Shown: one piece after another, positions 37,926-49,165 of the stretch
Numbering within the stretch: position 1 is the first letter of the stretch
How the letters are laid out: each line of letters begins with the position of its first letter
Assembly (NCBI RefSeq): GCF_016433145.1
Contig: NC_058134.1
Coordinates: 184,096,056 to 184,160,055 of the forward strand
DNA: 64,000 nucleotides
Direction of reading: 5' to 3'
Origin: Gracilinanus agilis
Lineage: Eukaryota
Program-made: the position numbers and the translations under genes
The notes under the pieces: generated by a model
The model's database searches: none
The model's input: the letters and a program-made list of their open reading frames with translations, nothing else
What the model was told of the DNA's origin: nothing

Positions 37926-38874
37926 AAAAGAATTCCTAAACCATAAATTGTTTTACTTGGTATAACTGTATTAGACATGTCATGGCAGTCAAAGTATTAC
38001 CATCATAAGTAAATAATAGCCTGTTAGAAAAGGTGCTCTAAGAGGCTACCAATTTATGATCACAGATTAAGAGTTGAAAGGAATGTTATGTAGGGCCATC
38101 TAATCATCGAAATGGAGAATTGTATCCCAGAGAGGTTAAATGATTTGTCTTGTGACGCTCAAAGGCCTCTGACTACAAACTCATTGCTCTGGTTTCTATG
38201 TTTATTAAGACACAGGATAATACTATAATTTTGTCAACAGCAAATTTATTAACCAGCAAGATATCATTGTACTAATATGACATTGTCCTTTTTGTACTAT
38301 GAAGTTCTTCACCTTTTCATAGTCAAGTAGCAATATTTGCCAGTCACAGTCACATGCTGAAAATTAAGTGTCAAAACAAAGAGGAAAGCATTTTTGAAAG
38401 TATTCTAATTTATCTAAACATTATTACTAAATAAAAAACAAATAACAAAATCTACAACATTCCTTCAGGAAATAAAATCATATATGTTGTCAGACAAGTC
38501 TCTTAATATGTTAGCTTCAATTACCCCTGATTTAAAATAATATTTCTGATGATTGTTGTAAATATCAAACAGAAGTGTATGAAGTATTTTACACATTTAA
38601 CAAACTATTAAAATATAATAAAAACATCAGCTGTTATTGTCATTATTCTTACTGTCATTTCAAGACATTAGCCTATTAAGCATTAAACAATATAATTCTA
38701 TTCTTTTACCAATGTTTTTGAAAAGGGTGTTTCTCCTCTATATAGTTACAGCTGAGTCATCTGGTGCATAATAGAGGCTTAAAAATACTTGATGCCTTGA
38801 CTTGTTAACTGAGAAGTGTTTTTTCATAATTTTTATTTGACCCTCAGGAACGAAAACATTCTGTAGATTTCTTT

Positions 38875-39055
38875 TTTTTTTAAAACCCTTAATTTCTGTG
38901 TATTGGCTCATAGGTGGAAGAGTGGTAAGGGTGGGCAATGGGGGTCAAGTGACTTGTCCAGGGTCACACAGCTAGGAAGTGTCTGAGGCCGGATTTGAAC
39001 CTAGGACCTCCCATCTCTAGGGCTGACTCAGTCCACTGAGCTACCCCGCTGCCCC
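38875..39055 (-). mobile_element. SINE1_Mdo, full-length short-tail variant
   Basis: Reverse copy; TSD ctgtagatttcttt (38861-38874) / ctgtaggtttcttt (39056-39069). Confidence 0.95.
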
Positions 39056-39778
39056 CTGTAGGTTTCTTTCATAGACTCTGCTAGTCCTTGAAATTCTGCA
39101 TCATTTTCTTATAATGATCTGTTTTGAACAACAACAAAAAAGAATAATGATGACCTTATATATAATATTGTTGTTATGACTATAATCATGCATATTATAT
39201 TTAAACTATTTTTATACTTCATATAACATTTTATAATTGTAACATGCTTTATATAAGTGATCTTATTTGGTCCTTCCAAGAACTGTGTAAGCTAGCTAGG
39301 GCAATGAGTATTGTTCCATTTTACAAAACACACTTAGAGTTGGAGAAACTAAGAGGTGGCATAAAGCTCAGATTTTGTGACTCCAGGTTCATTACTTTTT
39401 TCTACTGCAGTAGATTGTCCCATCTTTGATGACTATTCACTAAACAAGACCTTTTTCCTGGAGCTATCGCTTTCCTTATTGGCAGGATTAAACAAGTATG
39501 TATATAATGCAAAATGGCCTAAATACACAACTTAAAATATCATCATATGTTAGAAAGGAAGCATTGCACAGGTGAGAGGACTGAATTTTGGTTCGGTTGA
39601 CCTGGGTTCAGATTCTGCCTCTGAAATTTAGTTACTGTGTGACTGTAAGAATGTAGTATGGTCTTTCAGTACCTCAAGCAACAAAAAGATGTCAATTAAT
39701 TGCTGATCTGGGTCAGAGGAAGGATTTTACGCCTCAGAGCTTACCTACATAGGTAGAATCATTTGTGAACAATAAGTT

Positions 39779-39896
39779 GTTACATTAAAATACCAATGTG
39801 TTTACATTATGTTACATTAAATTATATTACATTACATGTTACATTAAATTACATTACATGTTACATTAAATTACATTACATAATGTTACATTAAAA
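39779..39896. repeat. Minisatellite, unit about gttacattaaattacattacat (22 bp), 4-5 degenerate copies
   Basis: Direct reading. Confidence 0.85.
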
Positions 39897-40199
39897 TCCC
39901 CACCAAAAGAAAAAAAAAATAATGAATTGATATTCCCTAACAAATCCCCAAACTTCCTGATACCTATTTGTTCAATAAACTTTTTAAGTTAGTTACTTGT
40001 ATATATAAAAGAAATCTGTGAATATGTAGGTATGTATGTATATATGTGTGTATCTACATAGCAATTCTATATCTATATTCATATCTATCTATAAATTTCT
40101 TTACAAGGCAGCTATATGGTGCAGGGGATAGACTGCTGTCAGGGACCCAGATGACTTACCTCCCAAAATTCAAATCTATGAATGCAACCAATATCTAAG

Positions 40200-40720
40200 T
40201 GACCAATTCTTGTGACTTCCTCACTTCAATTTAAATACAATTCTTCCCTGCATATTATTCTCCCCTGACTGTGATGAGTATAGTGCTCTGCCTTTCAAAA
40301 TTGCCTTCCATCTGGACCAAACTATAGGATTAGTAGTTTCCAACTTTCCTACATCCATGTTTCCATGCAGACCATCCTCCCTCCCTATAGCACATTTGGT
40401 CCCCAACTCTTCTTATTGAAAGCTTTCTTGAATGCCCAGAATTGTCATATCCTCCAGACAGTCTTGCCAAATCCTCTCAGGCAAATGCATTTTCTCCCAT
40501 CATCACATTTTTCAAGACTAGGTACTTTATCTGGACCTTTCTTTTGCCCTCATCATTTTCATTTTGTAGCAGATTTATTCATGTACCCATTGTAATGCCT
40601 CTATGGCAGGTAATGTCCTGCTCTTTTTCATCTTTGTAATTCTGATGCTTGGCACAGTGCCTCCTGCAGAGAATAGCCAAGCTTTAATAAATGTTTGCTC
40701 AGTTGAATTGAACCGACATT
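40200..40720 (+). mobile_element. L2 LINE 3' end
   Basis: cttggcacagtgcctcctgcagagaatagccaagctttaataaatgtttgctcagttgaattgaa is the L2 terminus. Confidence 0.75.
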
Positions 40721-41444
40721 TAATTGGCCAAATTTCTCAAAGGGAAGAGCTTTCCCCTTTTTATTGTGCCATACTTATAGTATCACTGAAAGCTGGCTAC
40801 AGAACACTTCATTTTAACCTTATCTCCCACTACTTTTACTACATGAACCCTCTCTCCCTTCCAATTATACTGTTTACTCAGTGTTCCCTAATAAACCCTC
40901 TGATTTCCCATTACAATAGCAAACACTACAAAAACATTCTTCCCACTCTTTCAAGGACCAATCATTTAAGAAACAGTATTTCTAACCTAAATATTGAACT
41001 GTAACTCTTTTCCCTTTCACTCATGCTTTTTCTAAAACCTTAAATTTCTATACTCTTGTATTTTTGTTACCTTTCCAACAAGTTGTTATAATACATTATT
41101 TTATTAATAATTAATAGAGCTCTTAGTGTAATATTTCATCACTCCTTTAGTACCTAGCTTAGTGTCTTTAATGTTTATTTCATTAAATATCTCTTAGTTA
41201 GATTTTACTTGACTATCTAAAGCTGCCTGAACTAAATCAAATGCAAATTTTGGAACTAGGAAATATATCCACATCATAATTTGAGTACCTTTATTTGTAT
41301 GATTTTTGCTTGTAATATTTTTAAAGTTGAAATTTTCCTGTTAAAATTATGTATTTGAATCAGATAGATCACTGGCATAGTCATAGAGTTGTTCTAATAT
41401 TCCATTCTATCAATTTATTTCTTTTTATCACCCAGTATATCATT

Positions 41445-41700
41445 AGAAATGCATGAAATTATGAAGAATTAAATGAGTAGAACTGAGAGAACCTTGTTTA
41501 CTGCAACCGCAACTATTGTTTGAAGAATAATTAATCTCTACCTCCAGAGAAAGAACTGATAAATAGAAATATGCTTGACATGATTTTCTATATGTATTTT
41601 TTTTGTCAAATGATGCCTTCTCTAGTACAGGTGGGGAAAGAGGGAAATACGTTGGGATTTTAATGTAACAACAATTACTTTAATAATTAAAAAAAGAATT
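41445..41700 (+). mobile_element. Old marsupial L1 3' fragment
   Basis: aaatgagtagaactgagagaacc...tctacctccagagaaagaactgataaatag. Confidence 0.65.
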
Positions 41701-42229
41701 TAGTTTAGGATTGATTTCCATATTTTAAATTGGTGCCCTCTCTTTGGACCTAGCCATCAAAGGTAAGAATGAATAACAGACCTGTGATTTTCCTGTTTTA
41801 AAGAACTCCTAGATGAAGAAACTTTCTCTTCTAATAGACAGTGGCATCTTCTCTATATTTTATAATTCTAGGGAGTTTTCTAACTCTGACCATCATACTA
41901 ATTCAGAATCTAAATGTTGTGTGTTTATATATCCTATATCATTAAAGTCTTGTCCTCCCTGCACTACAGAAGTGAGAGACTATGAGTATGTAATATTGCT
42001 CATATTATTAGACCTGAGAAATGTAATGGTAAGTTTCTCTGAATTGTTTTTTATTTTCCCTTTTATTTTCCCACCTTTGTAACAAAGGGTGACATATTGG
42101 ATAGGAAAAATGAGTAGGGGTATATTTGGAAATCAATATTATATAAAATTAAAGATATTATTAAGCATATTAAAATAAATTGAATCTTGTTAAACTATAT
42201 AGCATTCCTCTTATCTGCTAGGCTAGTAA

Positions 42230-43920
42230 TACTGTCAACATAAGACATGGCATTATAATTAAAATGACAATCCTACCTAAATTAATCTGCCTATTCAATG
42301 ACATCCCAATTAAATTACCAAAAATTATTTTATCAAGTTAGAAAACATAATAACAAAATTCATTTGGAAGAATAAAAGATCAAGAATATCAAATGAATCA
42401 ATGAAACATAAAGGAATGAAGTCTAGCAGTAACAGATTTTAAGTTTTATTATAAAGCAGAAATTCTCAAAACTATCTGGTTCTGCCTAAAACAAACTTAA
42501 ATTACATCATTGGAACAAACAGTCATACAACAAACAGCAGCAAAATATTATGGTAAACTTGTATTTGATAGAATCTTGGATTTTGAGATAAGAAATCATC
42601 ATTTGCTTAAAATTGCTGGAATAACTGGAAACTAGTTAGCAGAAATTAGATATATACCAGTATCTTATACCATTCACCTCTTCACTTAGATAAGATCAAA
42701 ATTGATACATCATCTAAATATAAAAGGAGATATAAGTAAATTAAACTGACAGGAAATATACTACCTATTAGATTTGTGGGTAGGACAGGAATTTATGACT
42801 GAACAAGAGATAGAGAGCATTGTGAAATATAAAATGGAGAATTTTGAGTCCATTAAATTGAATAGTTTTTTTACAAATAAAATAAATGCTAAGATCAGAA
42901 GGAAAGCAGAAAATGGGAAAATTTTTATAAATAGTCTCTCAGATAAGGTCTTATGTCTAAAATATATAGAGAACTTTGTCAAAATTATGAGAATAAGAGC
43001 CATGCCTGATTGATAAATGACTAAAAGATACAAACAGACAATTTTAGTTGAAGAAATCAAAGCCATATATAAGTATATGAAAAAATGTTCTAAATTACTA
43101 CTGATTAGAAAAATACAAACCAAAACAATTTTGAGATGTCACCTCATACACATCAGACTGGTGAAAATGACAAAAGGGCAAAGTGACAAATGTTGAAGGG
43201 GATGTGGGAAACCAGGGACACTAATGTACCGTTAGTGGAGCTGTGAACTGATCTAACCATTTTGGAGAGCAATTTGCAATTATACCCAGAGAATTTCAAA
43301 ACTGTGCATACCCTTAGACCCAGTAATATCAGATCTCCAATTCGTTGCCACTGCAAAGAGAGCTGCTACAAATATTTTGGAACATTTCTTCTTTCCTTAA
43401 TCTTCTTTGCATGTGGCAAAGAACTGGAGATTGAGGGAATGTCCATCAATTGCAAATGAATGAACAAATTGAGTTCTATGATTGTGATGAAATGTTAGTG
43501 TGCCAAAAGAAATGATGAATAGACTGATGGAAAAAAAAAACCACAACTTGGAAAAAACTACACAAGGTAATGAACAGTTAAATGAGTATAACTAGGAGAA
43601 CAAGTATACACAATCACAGAATTAATCCAGAAAGAATATACTATAAATTTACCTTCAGAAAGTAAACAGGAAGATGAAATGTGAAAGACAATTTTTATGT
43701 GCATGTTGGCTGCTTTGACAATATCCTTTGAGATGCAGGGAGAGTGAGGAGGATCTGGAACACTAGTTGATGGGATTTGTTATGTAGTAATGAGGAAAAG
43801 TAAACTAAATGTATAGGAAAGTTGTAATTTCATTTGTGTACTCTTCCTTTTATTTTTAAAAGGAAGTACTTGTTTCATTTGGTTTTGTAAAATTTGGAAT
43901 TAAAAATAAAAATTTAAAAA
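42230..43920 (+). mobile_element. L1 ORF2 C-terminal half and 3' UTR, decayed
   Basis: attaaaatgacaatcctacctaaattaatc (IKMTILPKLI), atgtcacctcatacacatcagactgg, ORFs 42774-43013 and 43262-43459 are L1 ORF2 pieces; A-rich end near 43920. Confidence 0.92.
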
Positions 43921-44244
43921 TGGTAACTGTGACTCTTTTTATTTTTGTCTTACCTTTGAATCCAGAGCATTCAATAGCAATTTTTCATATATGGTAAAAT
44001 GACCAAGAGTGGGAGAGGCAGAGAGGACAGCCTGAAGTAGTTTGAAGGGTTCCAGTAACCACATGTCTTTAAAGCAAGACCAAAAGATTGATAGTCTCAG
44101 GACTAATATGGAAAACAAGCACACCATGCTCAAGAGGAAGCATGGTACTCAGTTTCTGAAATATCAAAAAGAGTTCCATCTACTCTGTCTATGTTACAAC
44201 TCCATTTGTATTCCTAGCTCCTAAATATTTTTTAAATAAGTACT

Positions 44245-47200
44245 TAATAGTATGGAATAGATTATTTGGGAAATAGCGAGTTCTTATCCCAAAAGCTGGG
44301 CTCTTTGGGTTTATCAAGCATTGGATTGTTCATATCATTTACCCTAGTATATTGTGTATCTAATCTATTCCATTGAACCACCATTCTATTTCTTTGCCAG
44401 TACCAGATTGTTTTGACGATTACTCCTTTATAGTACAGGTTGAGATCTAGTACTGCTAGGCTACCTTTCTTCATATTTTTTTTTTCATTAATTCCCTTGA
44501 TATTTTTAAGCTTTTATTCTTCCAGAAGAATTTTGTTACTACTTTTTCTAATTCTATGAAATAATTTTTGGTAGTTTGGTATGACACTGAATAAGAAAAT
44601 TAATTTAGGTAGAATTGGCTTTTTTTATATTAACATGGACTATCAAAAGCAATGACTATTTCCCTAATTATTTAGATCTGACTTTATTTGTGTGAAAAAT
44701 ATTTTGAAATAGTGTTCATATAATTCCTGGATTCATCCTGGCAAGTAAATTCCCAGGCATTTTATATTATCTAGAATTATTTCAGTTGGAATTTCTCTTT
44801 TTAGCTCTTGCTGCTGGACTTTGTTGGTAATATATAGAAATTCTGTTGATTTGTGTGGATTTATTTTGTATCTTGCATCTTTTCTAGGTTATTAATTATT
44901 GTGTTAGGTTATTAATTTGATGTGTTTTTCAGTTGATTCTCTAGGATTCTCTAAGTATACCATCATATTATCTGCAAAGAGTAATAATTTAGTTTCTATA
45001 TTGCCTACTTTAACTCCTTCAATTTTCTTATTATTAAAGCTAGCATTTCTATTACAACATTAAATAAGAGTAAAAAATTAAATTTAAAAAAATATCACCA
45101 AAAATTGGTGATAATCGGCTTCCTTGCTTACTCCAATCTTACTGGAAAGGGTTATAACTTATCTTAATTGCAGATGATACTTAGAATGGTTGTAGATAGA
45201 TACTACTTATCTCTTTAAGAATATGCCAATTTATTTCCGTGCTTTATAGTGTTTTTTAATAGGAATGATGGTTGTATTTTGTTAAAGACTTTTTCTGCAT
45301 CTATTGAAGTAATCATATGATTTCTGTTAGTTTTGTTATTTAGGTGGTTGGCTATCTTGTTAATTTTTCTAATATTAACTGTCCACACATTCTTGATATA
45401 AATCCCATTTGCTTATAATGAATGATCCTTGTGATATATTGCTCTAGTCTTGCTAGTATTTTATTTAAAAATTTGCATCTATATGTATTAATTAAATTGG
45501 ACTGTAATTTTCTTTTTCTGTTTTTGTTTTTCTTGACTTAAGTAACAGAACCGTATTTGTATCATAAAAAGAACTTGATGAGAATCCTTTGGCTATTTTC
45601 CCAAATAGTTCATATAGTATTGGGGTTAATTGTTTTTTTAAATGTTTAATAGAATTCACTTGTGTATTTATTTGGCCCTAGGAATTGTTTTTTAAGGGAT
45701 TAATTGATGAATTTTTCAATTTCTTTTTCTGAAATGAGATTTTTTTAGGTATTCAATTTTCTCCTTTGTCAATCCTCTTTTTTCCATTTGCCCAATTCTT
45801 CTTTTTAATGTATTATTTTCTTCCTATGACACTTTGATTTCTCCTCCCTAGTTTTTCTCTGTTTCTTTGATTTTTGATTTTTTTTTGAGCTCTTTAAGAA
45901 ACTGAGACAAATTTCCATTTTTCTTTGAAGTTTTGCATGTAGCTGCTTTGATCTCACCATTACCTTCTGAGTTTTGTGGTTTATTCTTCTTCCTCTCCAT
46001 AATAACTTTTTATGGTTAGGTGTTTATTATTATTATTTTATGTTTTCTCATTTTCCTAGCTTTTTCTCAACTTTTATTTTTATATTAAATTTAGGCTCTA
46101 TTTTTTGGGTAGAGAGAGCACTCTCTCAAACTTCAGTTTTTCCTTGCTGCTATCTTTAGCCTGTTATGTGCAGATTTGAGCAACCATATTTGTGGGGGTG
46201 CGAGCTGGCAGTTGCCACTTTAGAACACAGAACCTGGTAGAGGACCCAGGCCGGATGTCAGGGTGACAGTTGAGGTGAGGGTATAAAAAGGGGTCCTCAA
46301 ACCCCTGACTTTTTCTTCTGGCTCTCAACTCAAGAGTTAGGGAGGAGAAGGGTGGAATTTGGGCCCCTGGGAGGTCTGGGTGGTTAGGTAGATTTGTTAG
46401 GTAGGTAGGAACAACTACCATTGCTAGCCAAATTCAATAGCTCTTTGGCATACTCAACAACCTTTATTATAAACAAGAGATTAATTCAACTATCCAGTCA
46501 TCAGCATCTGACCCAAGGCTTGGCAGCAACTATCTGTATCAGAGTTGAAATTTGCCCTCAAGGTTTTTTCATAATTCTGTACCTAGGAAGATTGACTTGT
46601 GTTTCTAAAGTAAGTTAGTGACATAATTTAGGCAAAATCCTTTAGCTTACTTTCACCCTTTCCAACTCTCATTTACCCAGTTCAATCTAATTACCAATAA
46701 ACCCATTTTAACTTTAAGCTTATCTGTGAGCTTTTTAAGCTTAATGGATCTTTGAAGCCATTGTTTCACCTCATCAACCGGAATTTATCATTAGCAGTCA
46801 GATCTGAATTATCGCCTTGATTGGCCAGCCTTATCAAGCTAGTTTCATTTCAGGAAGTCTCAATCTCCTTCCTGGAAACTGTACTAACTGTCCAATTAGA
46901 TTGGTTCCAATCCCCAGGGGCAGAGGCAGAGAATCTTCAACTTGAAGAGGTCTTGACCTGGCTGATGAGAGAGTTTATCTAATTCTCATTTAGCTTTGGT
47001 GTAGGATCCCTCCTTTCATTTACACTCTACAACATCTGCCTAAGACCCATTGGCTGTTCTTATATCATACACTTTACTCCCCTACACTACAAGTCCTAGT
47101 TCTGGGTTTCTGTATATTTCGAATCTTCCATGGTGGTATTCTAGCCTGTGGACTGGGAGTTCTGAAAGCCACTTCTCACTGCTGCTTCATTCTCCTCCGG

Positions 47201-47760
47201 GGGACTGATGATGGCTTGCAGGGCTTAGGGAACTGTGAGCCACTTTTTGTTGGGACTTAGGGTCTTCTTACCTCAGTCTTGGGCAAGGGCTCAAGGCCTC
47301 CCTCAGTCTTGTACAAGCCAGGTGCACCACAGATTTCCTTATGCTGGAGTTTGGGACCACACTGAAGACTTGGAAAGTGCCTCTGAGCCTTACTCTTGCA
47401 CAAACCAAGCACACTGTGGATAACCCTGTGCTGGGGCTTAGGGCCTCATTGCAGGCTTGCAATAAGGATTTGAGCTTCAAGGGTTGGGGGTGGGGTGCTT
47501 TGCTATTAGATTAGTCAGGGTCTTGGCATCTTGAAGTTGGCTTGGACCCAGTTTCAGAACATGGAGCAGTAGAGGTAAAGTGGAGGGCAGGTTTTTATTG
47601 GCTTATGCTGGTATTCCTTGGTGCCACCTTGCAGCAATTGGTGCACAGACTTGCTGTGAGCTGTGCTATTCAATCACTCTATGGAACAAGATTCTCTCTG
47701 CTTACCTTCCAAGTTGTCTTTTGCAGGATAATTACTTCACTCCAGCCCCATGTTCATTTA
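44245..47760 (-). mobile_element. Rearranged L1 (ORF2 fragment plus 5' UTR-like sequence) interrupted by an LTR
   Basis: ORF 44262-44474 GSLAVLDLNLYYKGVIVKTIWYWQRNR..QWNRL..DKPK.PSFWDKNSLF is L1 ORF2; GC-richer 47040-47700 resembles marsupial L1 5' UTR. Confidence 0.85.
46162..47034 (+). mobile_element. Solo LTR (about 870 bp) with TATA box and poly(A) signal
   Basis: TG...CA ends, TATAAAA at 46282-46288, AATAAA at 46696-46701; no clean TSD seen, so ends are less certain. Confidence 0.7.
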
Positions 47761-48779
47761 GTTCCTCCAACATTCATTTTGATGTGTTATTTTAAGGCTG
47801 TTTGGAAAGGATTCTCAAAGAGGTTCAAGCTTCCCATTACTTTACTCTGCTATCTCCTCATGCTCATTTTCAAGAATTATATTTAGAAGACTAGTTCACT
47901 TCATTGCGTCCTCTTACCTTTGAAAACTAAAATTAATGGATCACAGGGAGCTTACAAATCATTTATTCCAACTCCTTTCCCCTTGTTTTATCAATAAAGA
48001 CATTGAAATTCAGGGAATTCAAGTGATCTGACCACGTTGAGCTAGAATACAAAGCCAAGTTCTCCAATTCCAAATTCAGCACTCTTTCTATGACAGTATA
48101 TTTCTACCTGTTCTACTTCAGGCATAAAAAGTTTCAGCTGATGTTCAAGTAATTGATGTCCTCCAATATCTCAAAATTGCATGTATTAGGATGTTTTCTC
48201 TTTCTTTGGTGATCTATGGTAGATATACTCTGACAACATTATCTCTTCTGTTTCTATTTCTGGGTATCATCACCTAAATGCATTTCCTATCTAGTTTTTT
48301 TTATTACTTTTATTGTTAATGTAAAATCAACAGAGATATATCAGTAATTCTCAAGCAGAATATCTTTTCTCTTTTGTAATACCTTCATTCACCCTTTAAT
48401 CTCCTGACACAGGTCAGAATTTTCTTTTTTTTTTAAAATGCTTTCATTTGAAGCTCTTCTCTCATTCTCTTCTGCTCTTTTAAAAGACAGACTTCTTTCC
48501 ACTGGATAATCTCATGAAGGGAGATATATTTTTCAAGTCACTTACCTATTATTTTAGGATGAGGGGCCAGCCTGGTCTGAGTGTAGATAAACAATTAATT
48601 ATGACAGAAAAAGCACATTCATTCTTCTATTGTCATTGCCAAATCCTTGTTGTTTTTCATAATTTCTGGAAGGGAAAATACCTATTCTTTGTCATTCTTG
48701 GTCCCATGGCCACTTGCCAGGGAGGAATGCTATTGCAAACTCCATGTAGGCAACATCAATTTCAGAGGTATGTTTCTTT

Positions 48780-49165
48780 TTTACTTTACTCTCTTCTTGA
48801 TCAGCACAATGAACTTATTATCTCTTTTTTTTAAAACAACTTCAATTTTCCTTCTTTTTTCCTCTGGATGATTCTCCTTTCCATTCTTTTTCTTCTTAGG
48901 TCCTTCCCTTGCACCTTGAGACAGTTTTCTTTTTCTACTTTGTTATCTTTTTTCTTTATTCTTATCTTTCTCATTTGTTATATGTAAATCTTCCCAAATT
49001 TTTCATGGATGTATTTGATTCTCTCCACTTCAAAATTCTACAACACACAAAATCTCATTCAAAATTCTTTTGTATTACCTTTCCTTCTTTCTTCCCCTTG
49101 AAAATTGAAATTTCTCCCTCCAAGACCACCACTGGAATACACACATTTGAAAAGTATACTTGGAC
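48780..49165 (-). mobile_element. Old marsupial L1 3' UTR fragment
   Basis: ttttactctcttcttgatcagcacaatgaactt...ccctccaagaccaccactggaatac; recalled similarity. Confidence 0.5.

Noticed and set aside
40603-41004. 133-aa ORF with signal-peptide-like start
   Set aside because: Starts within the L2 3' terminus and runs through L2-like debris; no splice or homology support
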